A stretch of DNA of 63,774 nucleotides, the filler included, from Octopus bimaculoides (taxonomy: Eukaryota), in assembly GCF_001194135.2 (NCBI RefSeq). It is 6 parts of 6 records of this genome, joined end to end, with 100 filler letters (N's around TTAATTAATTAA, not from the genome) between each part and the next. Parts side by side here need not be neighbours in the genome. Positions count along the whole stretch, not along the records: positions 51,684 to 57,277 come from NC_068999.1; positions 57,378 to 62,398 come from NC_068993.1; positions 62,499 to 63,774 come from NW_026370561.1; 3 more parts are not named here. The stretch is one strand, 5' to 3'. Position 1 is the first letter of the stretch; every line of letters begins with the position of its first letter. A program made the translations under genes and the position numbers. The notes beneath the pieces are model-generated. The model was not told where the DNA came from and made no database searches. It was given only the letters and a program-made list of their open reading frames with translations. Positions 52,758-63,774 of the stretch are shown here, one piece after another.

Positions 52758-53102
52758 NNNNNNNNNNNNNNNNNNNNNNNNNNNNNNNNNNNNNNNNNNN
52801 NNNNNNNNNNNNNNNNNNNNNNNNNNNNNNNNNNNNNNNNNNNNNNNNNNNNNNNNNNNNNNNNNNNNNNNNNNNNNNNNNNNNNNNNNNNNNNNNNNNN
52901 NNNNNNNNNNNNNNNNNNNNNNNNNNNNNNNNNNNNNNNNNNNNNNNNNNNNNNNNNNNNNNNNNNNNNNNNNNNNNNNNNNNNNNNNNNNNNNNNNNNN
53001 NNNNNNNNNNNNNNNNNNNNNNNNNNNNNNNNNNNNNNNNNNNNNNNNNNNNNNNNNNNNNNNNNNNNNNNNNNNNNNNNNNNNNNNNNNNNNNNNNNNN
53101 NN

Positions 53103-53134
<32 letters not shown>

Positions 53135-53152
53135 TACTATACACACACACAC

Positions 53153-53204
<52 letters not shown>

Positions 53205-53589
53205 ATATGTGTGCCTGAATTTGAGAATGTGTGTGTGTGCGAATGTGTTTTTTTCACAGTTTAAGTATGTGTATCATGGAAAGATGTGTGCGTGGTCTTA
53301 ACAAACGTGCTGTGTATATTATATACCACAAAAAAATTAACCGCATTTATGCATACACTGCAAACGTGAAAATACGAGATAAAGAAGGAAACTCTACGTA
53401 AATCCTCGATGTACTAATTATAGCAGCCAAATCTCTTTCAAGTCATACATAACTACATCCTTATAAACAGAAAAAAACACATTGGATATTGTAGTCTTAG
53501 GAAAACAGGGATTGCCAGTAATTGAAAAAATAAGGGATTGCCCATTCGAGAACGATTTCTCTGAGACGATGCGATATCGGTATGCTCAT

Positions 53590-53590
<1 letters not shown>

Positions 53591-53620
<30 letters not shown>

Positions 53621-53686
53621 AAGAAGAAGAAGAAGAAGAAGAAGAAGAAGAAGAAGAAGAAGAAGAAGAAGAAGAAGAAGAAGAAG
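53591..53686. repeat. (AAG)n microsatellite
   Basis: Perfect array running into a gap. Confidence 0.95.
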
Positions 53687-54224
53687 NNNNNNNNNNNNNN
53701 NNNNNNNNNNNNNNNNNNNNNNNNNNNNNNNNNNNNNNNNNNNNNNNNNNNNNNNNNNNNNNNNNNNNNNNNNNNNNNNNNNNNNNNNNNNNNNNNNNNN
53801 NNNNNNNNNNNNNNNNNNNNNNNNNNNNNNNNNNNNNNNNNNNNNNNNNNNNNNNNNNNNNNNNNNNNNNNNNNNNNNNNNNNNNNNNNNNNNNNNNNNN
53901 NNNNNNNNNNNNNNNNNNNNNNNNNNNNNNNNNNNNNNNNNNNNNNNNNNNNNNNNNNNNNNNNNNNNNNNNNNNNNNNNNNNNNNNNNNNNNNNNNNNN
54001 NNNTATATATATATAAATATGTGTGTCTGTCTGTGTGTAAGAAAATGATATGACCAAGGAATAAGCAATTATCTCATGAACTTCATTAGCTTACAGCTGT
54101 TTCTGCTGTAAGATGCTGCAGACATATATATGTGTGCCTGAGTAACACCGTTCTGAAGTATATGTACATTGAGTTTTACACCAGGCTATTTATTTCATAA
54201 TGCCTAAGCAACGTATACATAGAG

Positions 54225-54400
54225 TTCAGGAACCTGGTTAAAGGTGTTATGGCAGAATCTCCAAATTGTCTTCAAGCAAAGAGATCTTTGATGCTGCTGC
54301 TGCCCTGTACTACAACTGGGCTCTCTACAAGAATAATATTAATTACATGCCAGACCCTAGCCTCGCCCCAAGAGAAAGCGTCGCCGGAAAATACTGTAGT
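54225..54400 (+). mobile_element. Penelope-like RT C-terminal (thumb) remnant
   Basis: GRISKLSSSKEIFDAAAALYYNWALYK resembles the PLE motif RISxLSSxxEIFxxAAxxYxxAL. Confidence 0.5.
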
Positions 54401-55545
54401 TCAAACATTCAATCTCTTTAAACGTTAAAACCAGAGTAGATAAGATCTTTCTTTGTTTAGTTGACAGACACTTGTCCTGTACCAATAGATTCAGCAAAAT
54501 ATTTAATAGACATACCCTAAGATTATCCTTTAGCTGTGCACCTAGTGTAGAAAGATTTTAGTAGGTAGCCCCAACCCGCGGATGAGGCAGGATGCTCATT
54601 CGGAGGTAAAACAACTTGTCCACTGCCTATAAGGCAGACAACCTACAAAATAAACTCTCCCCAACACATACCACTTCACACAAATTGTAACTCCCTCTAT
54701 ATGTAGACACCCCCACACTCACACACATTACAAACGGCACGCTAAAATAACCTCTCCCACCACAATCGGCTTTATCCTTTACAGGAAGAAAACAGACCAA
54801 CGAACACAGCGATATATGCCTACACCCCCGGAACCAATTTTACATATAACACCGCTATACATACCACACACTCCATCCCCACCGGATCATCTTATTAATA
54901 ATACACACTTTCTCCACTTCAAGATAATTCTTGCCGGCTTCACGGCATACCCAACAAAGAGACATAACTCCTAAGGTAATCCCCTGGCCCACCTTTCGCT
55001 CGAATGTATACAAAAATAAGGACGGAAAAAAGAAACGAACAACGTTACACAAGCACAATAAAAATAATAAAACAGGACATTCAAATAGTTGGAAAGGGAT
55101 TAAGACTATATAAATCAAAGATTACAGCTAAAAAGTCTAAATAGAAACAGCAGGAATGCAAGTTTTAAGATTCTTTTTAATTTTTTTCTTTACTCGGACA
55201 GGATGAATATTTTTATATTTGTTACACTGAGTGACTTTTTAAAAATATTACTGGTTTGAATGTGTATCTCCACCTTATCAAATATTAATAATTCGAAGTC
55301 AAGAACTAGGAAATAAGAATTAAAAATTAGAAATTGAAACAGTTTGTTCTCGTATCCTGTGCATAGTTAAGAACGTGTTTGGTATTTTCTCTTAAAGTCT
55401 CCTCATATATATATGTTTGTGTAGGGGTTTGGAAAGGGGTTCAAAGGGGTTTGGAAAGGGGTCAAGTATCACAAAATTCTCTGGAATCGAGAAGCAGAAC
55501 ATATTCAGAATATGTTCAGCTGTGCGANNNNNNNNNNCGGCGCGT

Positions 55546-55589
<44 letters not shown>

Positions 55590-56721
55590 AGGTGTATATA
55601 TATATTTGTATATATTTACACACATACATACGCGCGTGCGCACACGCACACGGCTATTTTAATTCAAAACTGCCACAGTTGCGTATACCTGATTGTCAAC
55701 AATATATTTTAGATGTAATGAACACAAGTAATGCATAAAATAAATGGCCGTTCTACATACTGCAGTCATTATAACATCATTTCTACTTTTTGTTTTCTTG
55801 TTAATTTTAATTTCGGAATTGGTTTTGGTGATTATATCAGATGTATTTCGGATTTTACGAAGGAATGATATTTTACAATTCTTGTTGTCAATCACTCTGG
55901 AGCTGATTTTCTTATGAAGTCATTTCCGTTGATAATAATCGCATTGGGAATAGACTTAGTGGCTTAGTGACAACAGCAGCACAAAACTTTGCATAGAAAG
56001 TTTTACACACGTCACTTCAAATATATAAATGTTCGTCAGGAGCAGCATACAGACAGAAACAGAAGTTTGGGAGCGGTATGTCTCATAGGGATGTGTTTTC
56101 TTGCCCACCCGCACTTCGACAAGTTCTTCTCCCTTGTGAAGAGAAGGTTTAGCTGTTTGATACCGTGTCCGATTTTTGCATGGATGTAGTGTCTATCAAG
56201 CGTGTCAAGGTATACATTAGTATTTACCAGATCTTCAAGTTCGATAGAAATGGCAAGCAGAGATAATGCAAGACATATCCATCTATATATAGACTTGCAC
56301 AACAGTACATGTTACATCGCAAAATATCTATCTCAGGCGTAACAATTTGTCCACATTAACGTCTAAAGCGCTGCTAATTTTGTGCCCAATGCATGCTAGT
56401 GGTGAAGACAGAGGTAATAAGAAATTGTATATAACTGAGAGTTGTTTGCCTGCATTTGGAAGTCCTTATGGCGCCTAGAGAAGGCATAACTATTCCAGAG
56501 CTGAGGTCCCGTTGTAAGCGAAGAAACAAAAATAACGAGTCCGGTGGAGCATGGAAGGTAGAGCATCTTGCTGATTCACTTATGGAAGTAACAACCATTT
56601 GGGGATTTTCTGCCCCGTAGAACTGAAAGGAGAGAGCGAAAGGGAAAATTTAGCAAACAACAGCAAACTCGAGATCGTCAATCAAAGATCCGGAAACGGC
56701 CTAGGAGATTGTCTCGAGATC

Positions 56722-56892
<171 letters not shown>

Positions 56893-57102
56893 ACCACCCA
56901 TGAGGAAACATCTGGAAGCTTTAGAAATACACTATAAAATATGAGTATTGCAAAAATCGGCATTACTTGGAACAGCACGCGTATTGCGTAAAGTACTGTC
57001 TGTATCATGTCCTTGTTGTGACTTGACAAATAGTACAAAGCCCCGGTACATACAATATCTTCAATCAGCACACCACGATATTGGAAACTGTGCGACTTCT
57101 TA

Positions 57103-57104
<2 letters not shown>
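56893..57104 (+). mobile_element. R4/Dong-like extreme 3' end, 5'-truncated, inside (AAT)n
   Basis: LQKSALLGTARVLRKVL C-terminus plus 3' UTR; (AAT)n on both sides. Confidence 0.8.
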
Positions 57105-57145
<41 letters not shown>

Positions 57146-57147
<2 letters not shown>

Positions 57148-57277
57148 CACACGCCAGAAAAGGTCACAGAAAACGAGAAAGCAACCATACTCTGGGATAT
57201 GCCAATACACACAGATAGAGAAATTAAGGGAAATAGACCAGATATAGTTGTCAAAGATCATGAAGAAAAAAATGCTT
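57146..57277 (+). mobile_element. R4/Dong-like RLE fragment
   Basis: KHTPEKVTENEKATILWDMPIHTDREIKGNRPDIVVKDHEEKK; starts directly after (AAT)n. Confidence 0.8.
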
Positions 57278-57379
57278 NNNNNNNNNNNNNNNNNNNNNNN
57301 NNNNNNNNNNNNNNNNNNNNNTTAATTAATTAANNNNNNNNNNNNNNNNNNNNNNNNNNNNNNNNNNNNNNNNNNNNTT

Positions 57380-57988
57380 TAGCTGGTGGTGTTTGGGACG
57401 GGCAAATTTGCAGTTTCGTCCCTTTTCTCCGTGCCAACAGGTACCATTTAGGTAGAATTTACAGATAATCCGTTTCTTTTTCTTTGTATGGCGTGCTTGG
57501 GCTTGAAGCCTGTTTGTGTTTGTGTTCACCGTCTCCTTGTCTGTTCTCCTGTCTCTGTCGTTTGGTGTGGTGCTGCGTTGGCTGCATTCACCATGGCCAT
57601 TGCAGCCCTCAGCAGTGGCTACAGCACTGGTGGCATTTGCCTTGTTTTGGTGATCCGTTTGGTCTTCCTGAGCCTGAGCACAGTGTGCAGGGTCTTCATT
57701 GTCCTTTTTTGAGTCTGTGTCTCTCATAATGCCTTCTAGGAGGTCATGGTATGGTTTTATGAGTTCGTAGGAGAGAATAAGCTCCAGTTTCTTTCGATCA
57801 ATTTGAACCATTGACCTGTGGAAATTATACCTATCCAGGGTTTCGGCTATTAGATCATTTGCTGGTGATCCTTTGGCCAGGTTCCATGCTTGTACAAGAA
57901 GGCGAATTTCCTCTAATTGCCAGTTTCGGCACATCTTCTTGTTAGCTTCAATTTGGCGCTGTATAAAACTTTGTCTGCTGGTATCCAT
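57380..57988 (-). CDS. Probable LINE ORF1 (Myb/trihelix-like N-terminus plus CCCH zinc finger), cut by an assembly gap; 5' UTR extends to ~58665
   Basis: About 200 uninterrupted codons from ATG; WQLEEIRLLVQAW helix; CKFYLNGTCWHGEKGRNCKFAR; long CT-rich leader beginning near GCCATCTT. Confidence 0.6.
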
Positions 57989-58738
57989 GGTGCACGGTAT
58001 TTGAGAGAGAGGTTATCTTAAAGTATAGAGAAATACTAATAGAAAGAAAGAAAAGATAATAAAGAGGGGAGGGAGAATACGAAGTAGAGCGAATGTACAG
58101 GAATAGAGAGTGCGTACAGAGTACGAGATAGATAGATAGATAGATAGATAGAGAGAGGATGTGATAGGAATAGAGATGTATGAGAAAGAGAGAGAAGATA
58201 ACTCAAGATAGAAAACAAACAAAACAAAACAAGACAAAATGAAAATGAAAAGAAAAACAAAATATATATCACGGAAAACAGAGAGAGAGGAAACTAAGAG
58301 AGAAAAAGTGAGGGAGAGAAGATGGGATAAGAATAGAGATTTTTGATTAAGAGTGTAAAAACGAGGTGACTATAAGGGAAATTGAGTGAAGATTTTAATA
58401 CAAGGGAATTTTTTTTTTTCACCTTAGGTTTTCAGTATGTAAATAAACTAAACTATTGTGTGAGAGAAACGATTTTATCGTAAATAAAGTAAACTATTGT
58501 GTGAGAGAAATTACAGTATGTTATAAAACAAATGTGAAATAAATTATTTTGTCGTAAATTTTTAGAATGTAAACAAAGAATAAAGAATAAAACTTAGCTC
58601 AAATTTCTATCTTTACAAGTACAATCTCTCAGCACGTGGTTCCTTCGAAGATGGCTATTCGCTTTGGTTCACTGACATTAATGTGCGTTGTATAATATAC
58701 TATTTTCCTTCTCTTTCAACGGATGTAATGCAAAGGAC

Positions 58739-58945
58739 GGTACTACTAAAGCAGCACGGTACCGAACGCGCAGTCGCGCGTCCGCACTAGCTAGTCGTGA
58801 GTGGTCGATCCTAACCCTAACCCTATCCCTAACCCGCGTGTGCAAATGAATACGTGTTTAGGGTTAGGGTTAGGATCGACCACTCACGACTAGCTAGTGC
58901 GGGCGCGCGACTGCGCGTTCGGGACCGTGCTGCTTTAGTAGTACC
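58739..58945. mobile_element. 207-bp MITE with 87-bp TIRs and 9-bp TSD (Merlin- or Mutator-like)
   Basis: GCAAAGGAC at 58730-58738 and 58946-58954; ends GGTAC...GTACC; TIRs differ at 2 of 87 positions. Confidence 0.9.
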
Positions 58946-59485
58946 GCAAAGGACCGTCGTTAAACAACAGGTACCGAGTTTTGTGTCAGTTTTAGCAAAT
59001 ATTTATCTTCGATATGGAAAAATACCTGTTGGTTGCTTCAGGAGACAGAGAAACACGTCTTAACACTACGAAACCGGAAGTACATATATATGTAAGGATT
59101 TACTTTTCGTAAGGAGATAAAAAACAACAACCAAGTCTGTGTACATTATAGAACGTTTATAAATGTTCTAAAACGTACACAACCTTGGTTTTTTTTTTAA
59201 TCTCATTACGAAAAGTAAATCCTTATATTTACATGCTGATATATGACCTACATTGGACCCCTTATTCGCATAATCACCGAACCTGGAGCTTAACCATGGT
59301 CTATCGATAGCACTTACTCAGCATTACCTGAAACCTTTGGGTCTCATTGATACCACTATCGCGCATAACCTCTCTCTCTCACTTTGAAATAAGTGGGGAT
59401 TCAGCAACGGGAAGAGCATCCAGCAGTAGAACACTGTGCTTTTATATGTTCTCTCCTGACGCATGCCAGCATGGAAAAGTAGACG

Positions 59486-59522
<37 letters not shown>

Positions 59523-60195
59523 ATGCATGAATGTATGTATTTTCTCACACACACAAATAAACATACACACTCATCAAAATATACGCATGCATACACATTC
59601 AGCCCCAGTATTCACACGCACACATACACGCATAAACAGCTATTTGCAATCATTTGAGTCAGACAGAGATAGATAATAAAGAGATAGACAAACAGACAGA
59701 TAGATAGTCAGAAGAATGGGAGAGAGAGAGAGGGAGAGAGAAAGAAAGAGAGACACCAGGAACAACGGTAATAATAAAACCATTAACAAAACATTGGTTA
59801 GCCTCTTCCACATTTGCCAAACACTCAGAGGTAGAGAACGAGGGGTAGGCAGAGGAGTCTGGGCTCTGGCAATCTATTTGATGCTTGAATCAACAAACAA
59901 TGTTGTAACTGTTTTCATAGTGTTTATAAATGTTCAACTGAAGGACAACGTTGATGCTGTTGTTGGTGTAGTAGTAGTAGTAGCAGTAGTAGTTATTGTT
60001 GGGTTTGGCGTTGTTGTTGATAAGGGAGTGAAACTGTCCACGACATTCAACCATCAATATAGCTACAAGATAAAACAAACATATATACTCACATGCCTAC
60101 ATACATGCGTACACCTACACACACACATTCGCACACACACCACACATACATTTATTCATACATCACATATACATTCATTCATACGCACGTACGCA

Positions 60196-60231
<36 letters not shown>

Positions 60232-60339
60232 CACACACACATACATTCATATACGTACATACATGCGTACATAAATACAAACATACGCAGATACGATGAC
60301 AGTATTTTAAGAACAGAAAAATACGATACAAGCATTTCA

Positions 60340-61260
60340 CATTTTGGCACAAGTCTAGTAATTTTAGAGGTGGGTGGGTGGGGTAGTTAGTCGATTTCAT
60401 TGACCCCAGTACTTAACTGGTACTTTATTTTTTCGAACTTGTGCTCTCCGACAACAAAGACAACAGCAACTGCAGCAGCAGGTGAAATGAAATTTTGGAA
60501 GAGGGGGGGTAATTGATTACATCGGCCCTATTGCTCATGCTCAACTGGTACTTATATTTTCGACCCCGAAAGGATGAATAGCAAAGTCAGCTTCGCCGCC
60601 TTAATGATAATAACATTCCCTTCTACTAAAAGCACAAGGCCTGAAATTTTGGGGGAGGGGACTAGCCAATTACATTGACCTCAGTGTTTGACTGGCACTT
60701 AATTTATAGACCCCCAAAAAGATGAAAGCAAAAATCAACCTCGGTGGAATTTGAACTCAGAACGTAAAGGCGGACAAATGCCGCTAAGCATTTTATCTGG
60801 CCTGCTAATGATTCTACCAGCTTGCTGTCTCCATAACAATGGTCTGAAATTTTGGAACAGAGTATGCAGTTTTTGAGAGGAGGGGTAAATCGATTACATC
60901 GATCCGAGGATATGACTACTGCCTATTTCATCGATCCTGTTAAGTATGAAAGGCAAAGTCGATCTAAGTGGAATGTGAACTGAGAAAGTAAAAACTCAAA
61001 AAACATCGGTCAGCATTTTGTTTGAATAATGATATTAATAATCCTTTCTGCTATAGGAATAAGGCCTGAAATTTTGGGTGAGGGCATTAGTCGATTAAAT
61101 CGACCCTAGTATTTCACTGATACTTATTTTATCGACCCCGAAAAGATAAAAAGGTAAAGTCGACCTCGGTGGAATTTGAACTCAGAATGTGAAGACGAAC
61201 GAAATATCGGTAACCATTTCGCCCAGCGTGCTAACGAGTCTGCCAGCTCATCGACTTAAC
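60340..61260 (-). mobile_element. Tandem array of about four degenerate SINE family A copies (tail type B)
   Basis: Repeated tactggtacttattt..tcgaccccgaaa..aaagtcgacctcggtggaatttgaactcagaa units about every 230 bp. Confidence 0.8.
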
Positions 61261-61645
61261 GATATTTACAATAACTACAGAAAAACTGAAAGAAAAAGTG
61301 GAAATAGGTTTTAAAAAATAAGATAAAATGTGAATCAACAACAAATAAAGAAAATAAGAGGAAAAGTAAAAAATTAAACAAATATTTGAAACAAAACAAA
61401 GAAAAACCAATCAAAAAAGGGAGTAACCCTTTCCTTTAGGTTGTTTTGTTGGTGGCCTTGTTTTTTCTTCTGCAATAATGGGGGTAGAATAGAATATAGG
61501 GTGGAGTGAATATAACACTATACATTTAAGTATTTACACATATGCATGCATACATACATACATACACACATGCATGCATGTATACATACATATATACACT
61601 CACACACATACTCATATACATACATATATATATATACATGTATGG

Positions 61646-61678
<33 letters not shown>

Positions 61679-61801
61679 CGTACAGACATACATACATACT
61701 CATAAATATGTCCATTCATNNNNNNNNNNNNNNNNNNNNNNNNNNNNNNNNNNNNNNNNNNNNNNNNNNNNNNNNNNNNNNNNNNNNNNNNNNNNNNNNN
61801 N

Positions 61802-61852
<51 letters not shown>

Positions 61853-61854
61853 AT

Positions 61855-62139
61855 ACGGCATCCAACAATATCAGAGATCTAGGTGTAATTGCTGACAACA
61901 ATCTCAATTGGAGTGCCCACATCAACAATAAAGTCAATATAGCTCGTAGGATGAGCTCCTGGATCTTAAGAACCTTCCGGTCCAGAGAACAAGGTGTCCT
62001 CATTCCGCTTTTCTCCTCCTTTGTACGGCCACACCTCGAATACTGCTGCCCCTTCTGGTCGCCCCATACAAAACAAAACATCTCGAGGGTTGAATCACCC
62101 CAGAGGGCACTCACCAAACGAATTGAAGGCATGACTGAT
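61855..62139 (+). mobile_element. CR1-clade LINE RT C-terminal fragment
   Basis: IRDLGVIADNNLNWSAHINNKV..WILRTFRSRE..LFSSFVRPHLEYCCPFWSP..RVESPQRALTKRI. Confidence 0.85.
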
Positions 62140-62182
62140 NNNNNNNNNNCATATACATACATATATATATATACATGTATGG

Positions 62183-62215
<33 letters not shown>

Positions 62216-62283
62216 CGTACAGACATACATACATACTCATAAATATGTCCATTCATATATACATGTTTATGTCTGTGCGTATA

Positions 62284-62330
<47 letters not shown>

Positions 62331-63409
62331 AAACATATATACATACACACACATATATGTACGAGTGTGTGTATATAAATGGGTATTGTGAATACATANN
62401 NNNNNNNNNNNNNNNNNNNNNNNNNNNNNNNNNNNNNNNNNNTTAATTAATTAANNNNNNNNNNNNNNNNNNNNNNNNNNNNNNNNNNNNNNNNNNNNTT
62501 CTGGTGAGAATTAAGATTATAATTATTAGAGTTTAAAATTATAATTATCAGAGAAGAATATATTTGTTTACTTCATTTTGTGAGTTTATGTCGCCTTAGG
62601 AAGGTACTTTAGCTCGCTCGCTCGCTTTTCGTCAACTCATGAGGTTAAGGCTTTATGTGGCTATTCGAGTCCTTTTTTATTCTTATTTCTAGCAATACCG
62701 GTATTAATTTATACCCTTGTTTATTAATTTGCCTTTAGGTTTTAATTGATAACGGGCCATCTATATTATAATATATTTAATATATTATAATATTTTATTA
62801 TATATATATACATATTTATATATATTTATTCGGATGAATTTAGCTCCGTCCTGTAATAGGAATTATTTCCGTAGATTTCTAATGATTTTTCGTCATATTT
62901 TATTTACGAATTTTCAAAACAAAAAAAAAAATGCATAGGTATGAAAGTATATAAAGAAATAATCAATATCAGACTTATTTTATTAAACCAAAGTTTAATA
63001 ACTTTCATCAAATAGAATAAATGGATCAGATTGGATGTAAAAATGGGATCTTTTCCCTTTGGCTGGCACATTTAAAATAATTTTTTAATAACTAAACACT
63101 TTCAAAATTCGTATACTGGTAGAATGTGTCACATAAAACATCATTTACTTTTGGCGTTTTTGAGAAAATTGTGTATTTTCGAAGTTATTTCGTGTTAAAG
63201 TTTCGTGTTAAAGCAAGCTTCTTACCACACAGCCACTCCTACGCCTAGTAACAATTTTAAAAAATGTGGATCACATAGTAAATGCCTCATTCTTGTTATG
63301 AACCCATATGTGTGTGTGCGAGTGCCTGAGTGTGTGTATACGTGTGTACACAGAAGTGTACGTTTATATGCATATACACACAACAACACCAATTTGTTTT
63401 CAGGAATAT

Positions 63410-63774
63410 TGGCGTCTAATTTAGGTACAATGTCAGCAGTTCTGAGGGGAGAGAGTAACTCGATTAGATTGATCCCAGTGTTAGACAGCTACTTCATACT
63501 TTCAACCTAGGAAGGAGGAAGGAAAAGTTGACCTTGTGGGTGATTTAAACTCAGATCGTACAAAGCCAGAATAAATACTGTAAAGTGCTTCTTCCGAAAG
63601 CTCTAACCATTCAGCCACATAATAATACAGTTTTCAAATTTTAGCCCAGGGCCAGAAATTTTAAGGGGAGGAGTAACTGGTACTTATTTTATCGGCTCAG
63701 AAAGAATTAAACGCAAAGTCGACGTCGGCGGAATTTGAACTCAGAACGTAAAGGCGGACGAAATGCCGCTAAGC
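63410..63774 (-). mobile_element. Two SINE family A copies; the last runs off the window edge
   Basis: Core aaagtcgacgtcggcggaatttgaactcagaacgtaaaggcggacgaaatgccgctaagc. Confidence 0.8.

Noticed and set aside
60340-61260. Regularly spaced repeats as a possible CRISPR-like array
   Set aside because: Units are ~230-bp eukaryotic SINE copies, not short repeats with unique spacers; no cas genes.
61612-62255. ~105-bp exact repeat around the CR1 fragment
   Set aside because: Both copies abut N gaps in low-complexity sequence; likely misassembly rather than a TSD or LTR.

Overview
Eukaryotic, AT-rich, microsatellite-saturated draft-genome sequence with many N gaps. The SINE families and repeat landscape fit an octopus or other coleoid cephalopod (inferred from recalled family sequences, not a database hit). 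I could not support any host protein-coding gene, rRNA, functional tRNA or CRISPR array; almost all ORF-track entries are microsatellite or gap read-through. The window is mostly decayed transposons: Tx1/L1-like, R4/Dong-like, CR1-like and Penelope-like retroelements, mariner/Tc1 copies, a Helitron, two tRNA-derived SINE families and two palindromic elements. The best lead is at 43.4-44.8 kb. There a Tx1-like LINE derivative (10-bp TSD ATTAGCACGC) and copies of a SINE that shares the Tx1-like 3' tail appear to have inserted repeatedly at one position inside that SINE's own tRNA-derived head. Other leads: a 207-bp MITE with a 9-bp TSD and telomeric repeats in its TIRs, a ~700-bp foldback, ORF1-only and bipartite Tx1 derivatives, hammerhead-like cores, and a diverged duplicated segment that may be the last exon of a peptide precursor. 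Boundaries were read by eye and are approximate unless a TSD or terminus is quoted.
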